In this document: positions 38,121 through 51,568 of the stretch, in pieces | Position numbering within the stretch: position 1 is the first letter of the stretch | How the letters are laid out: every line of letters starts with the position of its first letter | NCBI GenBank assembly: GCA_046563655.1 | Contig: CM102285.1 | Coordinates: 6,944,001 to 7,008,000, forward strand | Source of the DNA: Yuukianura sp. NJ FZ-2021 | Taxonomy: Eukaryota | Length of the DNA: 64,000 bases | Direction of reading: 5' to 3' | The notes under the pieces: generated by a model | The model's input: only the letters and a program-made list of their open reading frames with translations | The model's database searches: none | What the model was told of the DNA's origin: nothing | Position numbers and translations under genes: made by a program

Positions 38121-39339
38121 CTAGCTCAAGGCAAATCAAGTCAGGAAACTAAACTTTCTTTAGGATTCGTGAAGGGGCAAGAAGATTTGAATTTTGAAGG
38201 AACATGGCTCCGCGCCAAGAGGAGTGGTCATACATTATCTTCCATGCCGAATTACGGAGGATCTTGGCTTCAAGGAGACTTCCTATCAGATCAGATCTAA
38301 CATCCAAAAAAAAATTTTTGTTCTTTCAGGGCTTGGCAAAATGCTTCACTTTTAGTAAAAACCAAGAAACGAACTTTGTTCTTCCAAGAAGAAAGTACAG
38401 AAATGCAACGGACGAAAAGGGATGTAGATTAAAGATTGGAAAGGAAATGGGAGAAAGTTGGGAGTGGAAACACAGTAGCCATAAATGGAAACGCAGTCTT
38501 TTGGATGGACCGGAAAAGTAATAGAAAATGTTCACTTTGTATAGCTATAATATCATCATTTGAATAAAAATGTGTAAAAATAACAATTGCATTTTAATCT
38601 TAAACTGTGGAATAGTCGAACTTAGTTCTATTTTAACTAACGTTCATTTGACCACAGAGAAGTTTTTCGCTCTTTAGAAGTTTCAAAATTTCAGGAAATA
38701 AAATCTTGAAATAATGGAAGGAAGCCATTCTAGCTAGTGTCATATAATTTTTATGGATTCTATTTTGTAGTTGGATGAGGCATTTTGTAGGGCCTAGGAG
38801 AACAATTTTTAGTTATTGCCCGAGCTAGTTTCAATTATTTTATGATGGCGCTGCGATGAAGCTGAGCTCCAAAAATTGTTGCTACGCTACAAGCTCCTGA
38901 ATTTTTGCGGTTTTAAATAATCTCGTAAAAATAAAATTTGAGAAAGCACTTAAGGCTACGGCACTTAAACCACATAGGAAACGAGTAGCGCCGCAAGCAA
39001 AAACCCCAAAAATTAATCAAGGTGCCTGCCGAAATTACCCTTGTGGCTTTCATCATCTCTTGTTATTCATTTCCATAAATTAATCTAACCTGACCTATCT
39101 CGCTAATTTACAAAAAAATTCAAGCAAAACCTTAGAAATGAAACTCGCCCAAGCTGAAATCCAGAATTTAACACACTAAATCGTAGGTGGCGTCTCACTC
39201 AAGCGTGTACTACAAAAAGGAGAGAGAAAATCAAGCTTACCTCGAAATTCAAGCAAAAGATGAAGGGTGAAATTTTCACCTAACGTGAAACCTAAGGTTA
39301 ACTGAACTACAGAGAAACTAATGCCGTATCTGGGCTAAT

Positions 39340-39530
39340 CGGTTCCCGGACTCTTATGGACAGCCACTTATGGACCTATACACTTATGGACGGACACTTA
39401 TGGACATTACACTTATGGATGGCCAGACTATAACCAAACCTAACCTGAAAATATCCATAATTGACTGTCTATAAGTGTAATCTCCATAAGTGTCCGTCCA
39501 TAAGTGGCCGTCCATAAGGATCCGGTCACG
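39340..39530. mobile_element. Foldback MITE built from inverted 15-bp subrepeats (CACTTATGGAC)
   Basis: Five direct CTTATGGA units face five TCCATAAG-like units across a TAACC-rich spacer. Confidence 0.7.
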
Positions 39531-41724
39531 TCGTTAATCCTGGGTTCAGGATCTACGCCCTCGGGCGTGTAGTACCAAGACGAAAGTTTTGAGCCAAGGT
39601 GAGTAATGTGGTAACATGATTAAAAAAGTCTCATTTCTAATTAACTACAACGGCAATACCTCCGTGTATACTTTGGTCTTTTTGGGCGAATGAAATTGAG
39701 GCGAATTCTTCAACTTTTCTCTTCTAACTTATTTGTTAACATTGGTTCTTCGTCAGGTTAGGGTAAGGTTTTACGCTAATTCTTGTAAAACTTGCTGAAA
39801 TGTGTTCCGAAAGTTGGCCTTTTGGCATCTTAATTTGGCGGGAGGCATTTTCAAATCGGGGTAGGAGAAAACGTGTGAAGTAGTTGCTTAATTGCTTGTA
39901 AAGAAAGTTCAACCACTTTCCGCACGCTCAAGTCTGGACTTTATGGCACATGCAAAACCAGGCAATTTTCTTGCCTCCCTTTTTTAACATAGTTTAGTGT
40001 TGGAAAAGCAAAAGTTTTTGTTGAACTTTTTTCACATTGAAAATTTCTATGGAAATTCAACAGTCGCAACAAAGTTATTGCTCTTCAACTCGCTTGTTTA
40101 CTATGTTGTAATATGTCTATGCTTATGAATATCTTTTTTAAACAATGCTTCAGTTCAAGGAATCTTGTTTAGGCTTAAAAGTGTGCTGAAAGAAATGCAA
40201 ACTATTGAGGTTGACTAAAATGTTGTTTGATCATTGAAAACCTTCTGGTGATCACTGAAGAATCATCACTGATGATGCTTCAATGATCACCAAATTTTTT
40301 GGTGGTCACGAAAAGTCATCAGTGTTCACCGAAAAGTTTCTGATGGTAACTAAAAAATCATCACTGTTCACTGAAAGGTTGATGGTGATCGCTGCGAAAT
40401 CATCAGTATTATATCCACTAAAAATGTTTAGTCTAAACCGTGAACATCATTGATTAAAAAAATTTTCGTGGTCACTGAAAAATCTACAATGATAATTGAA
40501 AAAACGTCATTGAACGCTAAAAAAGCATTATTGATGATGATGACTAATCACCTTCAATTTTGATTAATCAGTAATTAGTGGTAATTTTAAGTTTAAACAA
40601 GGTAGGGCGATGCTCAAGGGTTGAGCATAGGTCTTCTGGAGGGAGTTGACAATTGATACGACATTTAGACCGGCCTACCGCAAAACTGGACGAACTGAGA
40701 CACCGTATTCATGTAATTGAAGCTTTAAAACGTCACTGAAAATTTTTAGTGCAAATGTGAGACACTACTTTGTGCATGAGTTGCACCAAATTTGTCTTGG
40801 CAATCTTACCGTTTACTTGAACCAAAATCATGTTAAAGTTTTGAGGCCGAAAACTCACTGCACTGAATTGATGTAGTTAATTTGTTGTGCACCAAATGCA
40901 CAAAATTGAACGCTTAGGAGAATGGGTCGGGTATCGTTCTTGATTGATGTTCTTAATTTTTTGATGAAGATGCACATAATGTATTGTCGATGTTGTCATG
41001 GCAATGCTCAATGTAGTTCTCAAACCTGCACAAACCTTCAATTGTGTGCATCATGCACCAAATTGTACGTTGTGGGGTAGGAGTCGAATATCGTTTCTTT
41101 AAAATCCAAATCATAAAAATTGACTTGTGAATGCAAATTTGACCCCTTTCACTCACTATTCACATATTAAACATTTAAGCCGGATTTTCTACCCTCTAAC
41201 TAGGCTTAAATTAACAATTTGAATAGGCATACTGTCAGCAAATGACAGGGTCAAAACTTCGTTGTTTAAATATATTTTGAGTGTAATCGAAACCAAAACG
41301 TTTTCAGGAAAACTGCGTGTGCGTAAATTGGCCGACCCGATCTACGCTGTTAATTTTAAAATTTTAGTGCAATGCAGACTGTAGCTTACATTTCAGTCGA
41401 AAAGCTACCAAAAATGTTACAGACAGACAGACGGTCAAAGTCGCAGCAGATTTAAGCGGGAGCTTCAACACTCCGGTTAGTACTGAAGTAACTTAGCAAC
41501 GAGAGAAGAGGATACGTGTTAGGTTATGCGTTCAATAATTCGTTGTTATAATTTTATTTTTAAGGGATATCCAAACCGAAAATTCGCGTTAAGAACGGTA
41601 ACTGTTCGCACAGTGCAAAAGTGGCCGCTCGATTCTGCGTTGTTAATGTATAACGTTGAGTGGAATGTAGACCTACTGAAAACTCTTGAGCCATACTTAA
41701 CCCCCAGTGGAAAGAATGCTAAAA

Positions 41725-41804
41725 AACGTTACAGACAGACAGACAAAGTCGTATCAATAGTCTTCTTCAGCACGTCGTAGACGTGCGTCTCCAGAAGACT
41801 AAAA
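41725..41804 (-). mobile_element. 5' end of Helentron/DINE-like family B
   Basis: Reverse complement TTTTAGTCTTCTGGAGACGCACGTCTACGACGTGCTGAAGAAGACTATTGAT plus (CTGT)n matches the copy at 6769. Confidence 0.55.
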
Positions 41805-43802
41805 GATGGAGAGTTAAACATATTCATGTGCACTGTTTATATTTTGCTTTTAACACTTTAGGAAAACTCCGCGTAACTTTATGTTCATGTTTATGGTTAT
41901 CTTTCTTAAACATAAGTTTGCAACAATGGTTTTCAGTTTCTTCGAAATCGCAAATGTACGAATGGTGTACAAAATTCCAACTCTCACTTTTGATGACTCG
42001 GCAGTTTGAAAAAGATTTGGATTGATTTCAATCCATACTTGACTCATATGTCATCTGACTCTTTCATATTTCATATTTCAACGTCACTTTAGAACACATA
42101 GAAGAAATTCGGAATTCCGAAATATCAATTATCCAAATTAACTATTTCCGAATGAGTGTGAAATCTTTGAGCTCTTATAGAAATTTAACCTTGCGTGGAC
42201 ATAATTACACCAATCCAATCCAGTCAGTTCCAGATATTTCTTTTGGAGCGCTTCGAAAGATCAACTTACCCTTGAACGGTGGCGCTACGTTGGAGTTCAT
42301 TGGAACCGTTGCGTCCAACCAAATGCATAGCTTGGAGCTCTTGCTTCTTCAATCAATCGTCTTGTAGACGGAGTTTGCTTTAGGAAGATTTCTTTGACAG
42401 AGTCAATAGCTCAAGCTGATGTTGACTACTTGGTGGAAACCGCTTATTCCAAAGCGCTTTCAGTCTCGCTGATTTCAGTGACCTTGGGCCGCCGGTGAAC
42501 CATGGCGATGATCATATAAAACGTAGAAGTCACGCGATCGCAGAGCGCAGTGGATTTCTCTTCCGGAACCTTAGTGTTACACACAGAAGATCATAGGATT
42601 TTGATGCAACGTCACCCGAAGATACTGAAATTAGTTACGATTTTGCCGGGACAATTCCTCCAAAAAGACGAATTCATGTGTTGAAATGTGCAATAGCTGC
42701 AGCTTTAGCAAAATTTGCTAAAGCCTAGAGTCTAAATCTATTTTGCGTTTTAAAATTTACAAAACAATGAGTTAGCAATTCTCTGTTCCGCAATATAAGC
42801 TAAAACTTAGAAATTAAAAATGGTAGCTGCAAATAAAATTATTGAAGATTTTATACTAATTCTGGTGTTTAACTTAACTAACACACCCTAGCGGTAGGCA
42901 GACCAAACCTTACGCTCAGTATCTTTCTCCTCTAACCTAATCAACAGTTATGATTTAAGTTGGTTGTGTGGTTCCTTGTTCGCCTCCTGTCTTGTTTCAT
43001 TGTTTGTTTTGCGTTCTTCCTTTAGAAAGGCTGGTGCCTTTTTTTTATATACTTTACGTTTTTCCTCGCTGTCAGTTTACTGCCCTGAGATCCAAGAATT
43101 CATTTGGAGAAAAGCGGGTTTTCGGTGTCAAACATTTTGGACAAAGTGCTTTTCCACTTAAGGACGACGCTTCAGTCAAATGAAAAACTGTATCATCCCT
43201 TTTCTTATTAAATTTTTGATGATGAGCCACCGCGGTGGCAAATAGGTCTCGCACCAAACTGCTGCAATTCCACCGTGGTCGCAGAAATGAAATGATAACT
43301 CCACAAGAGTGCTCGTTTTGGCACAAGTTTCTGGAAACGTGGCGAAAAGTGGCCCCAGAGCCGCCACCCGCCAAATGCAAGCGACATTCAGCTTAATAGG
43401 GATATGTTGGCAGCATAATATGCGGGTGGAATAACGAGTAATAACTAACTTCGACAGATAAATTCCGAAAAATTAGAAAAAGGAACCGTTAAATTTTTTG
43501 ATTTGATTGAATTAAATACGTGCGATTGTTTCCCTTTTTACTTACTTTTGGGTTGAAAGCCGGGTATCACGTGACAGGATGGAAATGCACAAAAATCGTA
43601 TTATGCAACGCTGGAATTGGTGTTCGATTTATGTGGGAAAAAGTTTGAGATGCAGGTCAGACGTCAATTACAACTGAATAACCTTCCGTTAGAAATCTTG
43701 GGAACTTGGCAGTTCCTGTGTCGTTAATCTCAAGGGAACCAATTACTGCTTTCTCCTCTTCACTCCCATTAATCTTTATAACAACGGTTTCTACGTGTCT
43801 AA

Positions 43803-44637
43803 GGGTCGTATGCTTAATGCCAAAGTTAGCGTAACCTTACCTTGACTCACAGGTCAAAGTAAGGTTTTCATATGTTTAATGCAGTTTTCAAGTTACTTTG
43901 ACCAATGGTTCAACCCGTGGTCAACTCAACTTTTACCCTCGAGTAAAAGTTAGGATTTCGTATGTTTAATCGAAAATGTGACACCTGGTAAGGTGACTGA
44001 GCTCTAACCCGAGGTTAAAAATCCAACCCTGGTCAGGGGTAGGGTTAGCGATTACTTTTTGGAAATCTTAGCTATTTTATTTATAAAACTTAACTAATGG
44101 CTAATGAAAGTTCATTTTATCGCTTGAGGCGGCTTTCCAGACGACTCCAGCGTCGTCAACTAATCAGAAAAGTATCGTTGAGCAAATTGAAAGATAACCA
44201 AAATAACAATATAATGAAATGGTAATTACCTACCCATCAGTCACTATGTTAATTGGCTCGATTAATTACGGTAAAACTAACAAAAAGCTAAGACCTTGAA
44301 CTGATGTGAACATGTGATTTGTTTTGTTGTCAGTAAAGAACAAGTGACTCGCGGTTAGCTTACCTTCCGGTCAGAGTAAAGTAAAAGTTAACCGAGGGTT
44401 ATAATTCTACTTGTCATATTTCGTGTCCACTTCTGCTATGTGAAAAGGTTGAGAAAAATGTGACAAGTGAAATCGTAACTCTCGGTCAACTTTACTTTGA
44501 TCTCCCGGTTAGCTAGCCTCGGTTCACTTTTTCATTAAAAATATGAAACTTACTGTGACCTGGCGGTTAAGGTAAAGCCCTGGTTAGGTGAACCGTGGTC
44601 AAACCTTACTTTGACTTTGGCATTAAGCATACGACCC
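43803..44637. mobile_element. PIF/Harbinger MITE
   Basis: taa|GGGTCGTATGCTTAATGCCAAAGT ... ACTTTGGCATTAAGCATACGACCC|taa: perfect 24-bp TIR with TAA TSD. Confidence 0.85.
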
Positions 44638-45309
44638 TAAGAAACAAGGCACAGTGATCTAAGAAACTGAGAATTTGCCTCTTTAAAACTTTCATTTAAG
44701 ATAACCATTTTTTAGAAACCGATTCCCTCAGGCTATGTAACTAACGTAACATTCAAAATTAAATAACGTTCCACATCGCTACGAAATTCAAAATTTAAAC
44801 TCTGGTGTAATTCCTGACAGCCACAACGACGCGTCAGCAGCAGTTTCAAACGTTGTGGTTGCCCACAACGTTGCAGACATTTCAGAATCGACCCTTTCGT
44901 GGGAAACTTGAAATCCCACCTCGTCAAATTTCAAAGCAGGCCAAAATCCCAGTTTTGGTGAGTGTAGCACACTTTCTGCCACCAAGTGCCAAAGCAGGCA
45001 ATCTTAGCCGCAAAGAATGCCACAAAGCATTCCCAAATTAAATTCCACCATGTCAGCTGGTTTTGGCTTCTTTGTTGAAAACGAATTTAAAAAAGAGGGT
45101 AGGTTTTGCTCAAATTTGAAGAACGGTTCCAATCAACTGGCGCATCTCTTCGAATGGGTTTGAATTCTGAAATTAAATATTTTCAGCTTTTCACAAAGGT
45201 TGAAAGCGTTGACAGCGGCAGAAAGTAAAAGTGAAAGTGCACCGCTGTGCGATGGCATCGGTCCATGGCTCGGATCCAAATGACCAAAAAATTGTTCTAA
45301 CCAGTCGAG

Positions 45310-45866
45310 TGAGACCTGGGGACCAGGTCTTAATGTGGAGGGGCATGTGGGGAAGGAAGACGTCGTGTGACTAGGCCAGTCACACGGAGGAAGCAAAGTC
45401 TGGTTGTTAGCCTCTTGTGGGCTAGGAGGTAACCATGGTGCAGTGGTCAACACTGCCAACCTTACTTTTGCTTCCTCACATGTGGGGGCTCAGACGTGTT
45501 TCGATTCCCCCGTGGCCCAAGAAATTTTTCTTGTCATACCCTACCTGAGCCAGAGAGAGCTTTGTCTGCTGGACAGCAGAATAGTTAAGAGATCCTAAGC
45601 TCCTATGATCCGATCCCCTTCCCGGCCTTATCAGATGGTCCCGTGTAGTGATAAGGTGTCCTGTCTGTCCAGTACGATAGTGCGATCTTGAAGGTTGAGA
45701 CCTGGGGACCAGGTCTTAATGTGGAGGGGCATGTGGGGAAGGAAGACGTTGTGTGACTAGGCCAGTCACACGGAGGAAGCAAAGTCTGGTTGTTAGCCTC
45801 TTGTGGGCTAGGAGGTAACCATGGTGCAGTGGTCAACACTGCCAACCTTACTTTTGCTTCCTCACA
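45310..45866 (+). mobile_element. TRIM-like element: two 171-bp direct repeats around a 215-bp core
   Basis: Repeats 45310-45480 and 45696-45866 differ at one position I could see, and begin TG and end CA. TGGGGGCTC lies 2 nt after the first repeat. No TSD found. Confidence 0.55.
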
Positions 45867-48829
45867 CTACTTTCCCTTTCACTTCGTTTATGGTTGACCA
45901 ATTTTTATGACGGAAACCTACTGCCTCCTTAAGTCGTATTTTGTTCTTAAAGTCCTAAAACTCAACAGTTTCAGAGATTGTATCTTTCGGCTGAGCTGTT
46001 TCTTTTCAGACTGACTTCTAGCCAACTTTCACTAGGAATCAGCCCTTGCGGAAGTGTAAAAATGTCCTATCTGTCCCCATGTTTAAATAGGAGCCGAACA
46101 TTTAGAAAACCGTTTATGAGTTATACATGGTGGCTTTATCCAGAGAGGAGTTTGGAAAAACTCAAAAAGAAAATTTCAACAACAAATTGAACAAATGGTA
46201 AAGTTCAGTTTTATTTCCAACCCCAATAAAACTTTGGCCTATATTAAAAAACTTTAGATTTTTAGTTTATTTGGTTCCAGTTTTTTTAGGTTATTTGAGC
46301 ACATGTAAACTAAATTCACATATTAAGTACATTTGTCAACTCAGACAATTTCTTTTGAAAATGAAACAAGGCTCTCTGCTTTTTTGTCAACTTTTGTCGG
46401 AGTAAACTTCAAGTGTTCATGTATTTTGAAACAAAAATTGTTGTCAAAAAACTACGAGACCTTTTAAGCATTACCGAAAGTCAGTTCCTCAGTTTGGGTA
46501 ATGGAAAGACCGATGATCGGGAATTGTTAAATGTCTTGATACAAGAGCTCATAAAAAGAGCGGAAAATTTTTAAAATGAAAGTGGGGACCATTTTATTCA
46601 AATAGATACAACTGAAATAACATAAATTTTGCTCAACTGTAAAAGTAAAAGTTTTACAAACCATGGCTCATTTCCTTTAACTGTTTCTACTCTTCTTGAT
46701 GCACTGCCCTTCCTGCAAAAATTATACAATCGAACTTCAAATGATTTTACGTATGCCAATGAAAAAATTTCACATTTCATTTTGAACCAAAACTTTTGAG
46801 ACGTTGACCCACTTTTCAACAACTGAAGGGAAATGGCAAAACACGATAGGCTTAGAGTGCAAAACAACAGCAAAGGTTGGGCCTTTATTCCCCCAATTCG
46901 TTTAGAATCTTAGAATCGGCACTAGGATTGGGGTATGTCAAAGGTCAAAGGTCAGTTTTTCCCTATTGTTTTCTTGATCACTTTCTCACCTTGCTTAAAC
47001 TATACCGTTGTAGATAATGAAGAAAAGGGAAATCCTCTGGAGAAATTCAAGGAACTAGTAGAAAGGCACGTTCAACTGGGAAACATTAATCCTCAGTCCA
47101 CAACGGAATAAACTTTGTACTGTAGCGTGAAGCTGATCTTGACCGATGATATTGATGCTGACAGGTCAAACATCTACAGTTAGATGAAAAAGGTGGCACG
47201 TGAACAAAGTCAATTCAAAATTGTGGGTTCTTCATTATTATCTCACTGTTTCTTCAGAATTTGTGGTGTGTTGTGCTACGGATGAATTTTCGCTCAAAAT
47301 TACAAATGTGCAGCCCAATCGTGATGCAGTTATGTTCTAATTATAATTCTAAAATTTCTAATTACAGAAAGACCGTTGGTTAATTTGTTGTCGAAATTTT
47401 TCCCCAACTTTTTTTTAACATTTCAACAAACCTTTGAAGTCATGGTGAGTTCAAAAGCGAAAGCCTGTGGTTCAATTGCATTTCCGGTAAAACTTCCAGG
47501 ACTTTCCCATTGTCCAATCTCTGCTTGTTTTCTAATCTCTGCTGGGGGTCTTGCGTTGAAAGTGCGAGAAATGGCCAGACAACACTAGGGGACTGAAATA
47601 AAAGCCTGATTAAGCGCAGAATTATTTCCGAGTTTACTTCCCAGAACACGTAGAAGGAAGAAAAAATAATCTCAGGCTAACACCAAACTCAACCCGAGAA
47701 CTGGTCCATTCAAATCTAAAATTAAAAGTAAATTAGTATTTAAGCCGCAGTTAAGTTCTTCCACTAAAGTTACCACTTGGTTTCAATTGAATCAAAAAAA
47801 GAAAGAGTATTAAAAGAAAGCGATGCAGAGGTTTTGACCCAAAATTTGCGGTCTTAAAATTCTCATTTGAGCCTGAATCAGACTTTGAATTTAATTCAAG
47901 TCATGCTCGAAACTAAGTGCCTTTTTGTATATTTATTGCCACGCGTAATGGTTCCCTTAAGGTTTTCCTTTGTCACCGTTAAACGTTGCCGCGCAGGAGC
48001 CTTACAAATCAAGTTAAAGTCTCAGGACCAGTATAATCCGCGGACTTCTCAGACTCCAAAAAAAATTTATGAGCGATAGCATCTTCTTTGTTCATGAACC
48101 TGACAGTTGCGATTAGGAGTCTCAGGTTTTATCGCGGAAGAAAAAAAGCGGTGACTTATAGTATCTCACAGCAGAGCTTTTGATGGGCTGTGCTCTGCGC
48201 CCGCGCAAAATTTCACTGGCTTTTCAAATATTGACGCACGTACATCCAGGTGAAAGCGTGGAATCGAAGTCATGTCATCTTACTCCAAGCTTCCACAACC
48301 ATGACGGGTCCACGTCACGCTTTTTCACTGTTTGTTTACTTTCTCCCAAGGAAACAAAATCCGGTGCTCTTAGGCTTTTGGCACGGTTCAATTTCCGCTG
48401 TTCCCGTCACAGGTTCACAGCTCAAAAAAAAACATACATTCAAAGTGTAAGTGAATTTTAAATTGCCAGATTTTTCCGGCACTAAGAAAAACAAGTTCTA
48501 ACGGCACAAAAACGGATTCGTTTCCTTATTTCGGAATCACTCTACCATCCAAAGGTAACATGTTATTCTGGTTTCAAAAACAGGTTGAATGTTAACAGAA
48601 AATAAAAATAAATCGTACCGTTTTATAACCACAAAATTTAACCATTCGTTCACAAAACGAGCGATTTGGCGTTCTGTTTCTCTATTTCTATTCAAGGTTG
48701 CTGAAGAAAGATTGTTGGTTGTTGAAGATTTTTGGAAAACAAGAGGTATTGCCTAACCTTAATATAAAGCAAAACAATTCCGTTGCTGTAGCAACCTTAA
48801 TCTCTATTTATTGAAACATACTTTTCCTG

Positions 48830-49262
48830 GGAAAATGCCATTACATCGAAAAAAAAATACATTGGAGAAAAAGACATCGAAAAGAAACACATCGAGAATG
48901 CAAACACAGCGAAACAAAAGACATCGAAAACTAACCCCAGTCAGCCAAACCTACGCACTCAATCACTATTGCACAAGTCACCTAAAAATGTAAACTTTAG
49001 GTTTGGCGTTAGGTTTGGTAAACCACACTTTTGTAAAGCACGTTTGCTAAAGCACGTTAGGTTTGGTGAAGCACGCAATAGTTATTGCAGGCGTAGGTTT
49101 GGCTGACTGAGATGCGCATGATGTTTTTTGTTTCGATGTGTTTGCATTGTCGATGTCTTTTGCTTCGATGTGTTTACATTTTCGATGTGTTTGCATTTTC
49201 GATGTGTTTCTTTTCAATGTCTTTTTCTCCGATGTCTGGTTTTCGATGTAATGGCGTGCTTC
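48830..49262. mobile_element. Foldback MITE with inverted 15-bp subrepeats (ACATCGAAA)
   Basis: GCCATTACATCGAAAA... versus ...TTTTCGATGTAATGGC. Same architecture as 39340-39530. Confidence 0.7.
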
Positions 49263-50238
49263 GCTTTTCGATTTAGAAAAGAAACCATATATGCATTCAA
49301 TTTTAATACTGGAACTTTTTTCTGGAACATAATGGAGCAGTTAAGGAGACATATTCGAAAAAGATTTGGTTTTGTCGTATTGGAATAAATAACAAGGGGA
49401 ACTGTTTAACGACTTAAGTTTAGAACGTGAAAGTGAAAGTAGGAGTGAAAGCTACTAAGGCAGGGAGTGAATTAAGGTTCACTGGAAAGAAGCAGTTTAC
49501 TCCTTAAGCTTATTTTTATATTCATGGAGATGAAGAGGCGGGAAGGACTGAAAAGGGAAAGTAGAAAAAGCGATTCTAAAGATGAGGGCTTCTTGGTTTT
49601 CGTGCAATGTGGGTTGCAAGGGACTCTCCAAAGGTTGGATGATCATCATCCAAGGAGCCCCGTGGGCCCTTAAGGGCGTCTGAACCGATTTCGGAGCCTG
49701 CCTAGTCAGAGAGAAAGTAGGAAACACAATCAGTCCCAAGAGATCGCTACTTTCTATAGCTTTCTTCAGCGGGGAAATGAGCTTTATCTTCAGTCTGATA
49801 TTATCAAGGAAGGTTTAGAAAGTTACTACTGCCTTCGTTCTTATCGCCTATAGGGTGGAGCTGGTTGATTAGGCTAAGTCCCGAGTATGTATAGTTAAGT
49901 GAATTAAGCTTGTCAAGGTAAGGTCAAGTTGATCGGAGACCTCGCGCTTGCTTTGTGTTGCCGACCAGGGTTTTATCATGTTCATTCTTTGCGAAGAATA
50001 TGTTAAGCTTTGTTTTTTCCCAAAAGTATTCAAACATATATGCTAGGCGGTATTTGTGTAGAGAGCCATAAGGGAGAGATTAGTTTTTTTTGCGTTTCGA
50101 ATTAGCGAACAAACTACGTAGGTGATTCATCAGTGTCCAAAATTTTTAAATTGCTTTTGAATCGCTGGGGAATATGGAAATTTTGCAGAGTTTTTGCAGT
50201 TGAGTCCAGCAAGCCTGCTTCCTGTGTGGAAAGACTTA

Positions 50239-51115
50239 AGCCTCATTCACACTGGATACGCCGCAACAACTGTCTACGGCAGTTGTGACGGCGTAACAAA
50301 CTGCCGTAGACAGTTGTTCAAGGGTTTCACACTGCACCACCGGTTCGTTTTACGCCGTAAATTTTTCTACTATTTTAATTTTAATTGTAATTTTTCGTAA
50401 ATCTACGGAAAGTTTTACGCTGGTCTCGGTGTGATACAGCTTCATTTGTCCACAATTCTTGAAAGACGTCTTCCAGTTTCATATGGGAGAACATATGAAG
50501 TAAATCAAATGGAAACAACCAAGTTATTACAATTATTGATATGCAATTGTTCCATTACCATGCTTTGCGAGGTGTAGCCGACGTATTTCCCTATAGGGTG
50601 ATGTATTAAGACACAACTAATAGCTAATTAGCTAATTAACTATTAATTAACACTTAAACAATGTTATCCATTTGTTTTTCTACTTTGGTACTGCTGATTA
50701 TGTAGGAAGAAGAAAGGAAGGATGATCAGCTGCAAAGAGATTAGGAACTGTCCGTCCGGAGCCGGTCCAAAAGTTGAAACTTTTCAACTTTTGGAGCTCC
50801 CATCTCCCCCTGTAGGTAGGGCTGTTACGGTTACGGTTCCAAGATCCAAAACCGGGTACGGATCCGGGTTCGGCTTGGATCCGGATCTGATAACCGGACC
50901 GAACCGGATCCATAACAGAAATACCTGTAGGAAGAGTTGACCGTAAAATGTGACAGCGGCACCCGTGAGGCAATGCGAACACCTCACCCGTCTTCCGCCG
51001 TCAACTTTCTCTTCCGACGTCCAACTCACCGGCGGTGAGTTGGTTTGGTGTAAATGGATACGCCGTCACAACTGCCGTAGACAGTTGTTGCGGCGTATCC
51101 AGTGTGAAAGAGGCT
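50239..51115. mobile_element. PIF/Harbinger MITE
   Basis: tta|AGCCTCATTCACACTGGATACGCCGCAACAACTGTCTACGGCAGTTGTGACGGCGTA has a near-perfect reverse complement ending GAGGCT|tta. TTA TSD. Confidence 0.85.
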
Positions 51116-51387
51116 TTAGAATTGGTGCTTTTAGAACTTTTAGCCCGTTTCTTTAAGTCAAAATAACGGGTTACACAACACTTATTTGATGGTTTAGTAT
51201 GCCCTTGAAGTGTGGTATTGGTTACGTTATGACAGTTTGAGACTTAAAATTTCCTAGAATATACTGCCGATGCTGCTTGACATAAATGTGACTGTGAATC
51301 AGCCTTTGAATGGAATCGAAAACCCACAACCGTTGAAATGGAGGTGTTAAAGTTAAAGCCTTTTTTCCCAAAATACGTTTTTACTAT

Positions 51388-51568
51388 CAGTGTTGGTGGA
51401 TGGATAAAACGTTTTTTCCTTCTCAGTACAAATTGGTGGAAGTATCCGGACTTAATTGGATATACCCAATTTATCCAGCCATTCCATCCTATTTGATCCG
51501 GATGAAACTGGATGAAACCTTATATCCTCTGGATGAAATACCGAAAAAGTGGATGTCCACCAACACTG
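51388..51568. mobile_element. hAT-type MITE related to 8891-9288
   Basis: CAGTGTTGGTGGA...TCCACCAACACTG termini; TSD not preserved. Confidence 0.6.

Noticed and set aside
45330..45630. Twister or hammerhead ribozyme in the TRIM-like element
   Set aside because: AACACTGCCAA and GTGGAGGGG resemble twister segments, but the conserved GUCCCAAGCC-type loop is not in place, and I found no CUGANGA hammerhead core on either strand.
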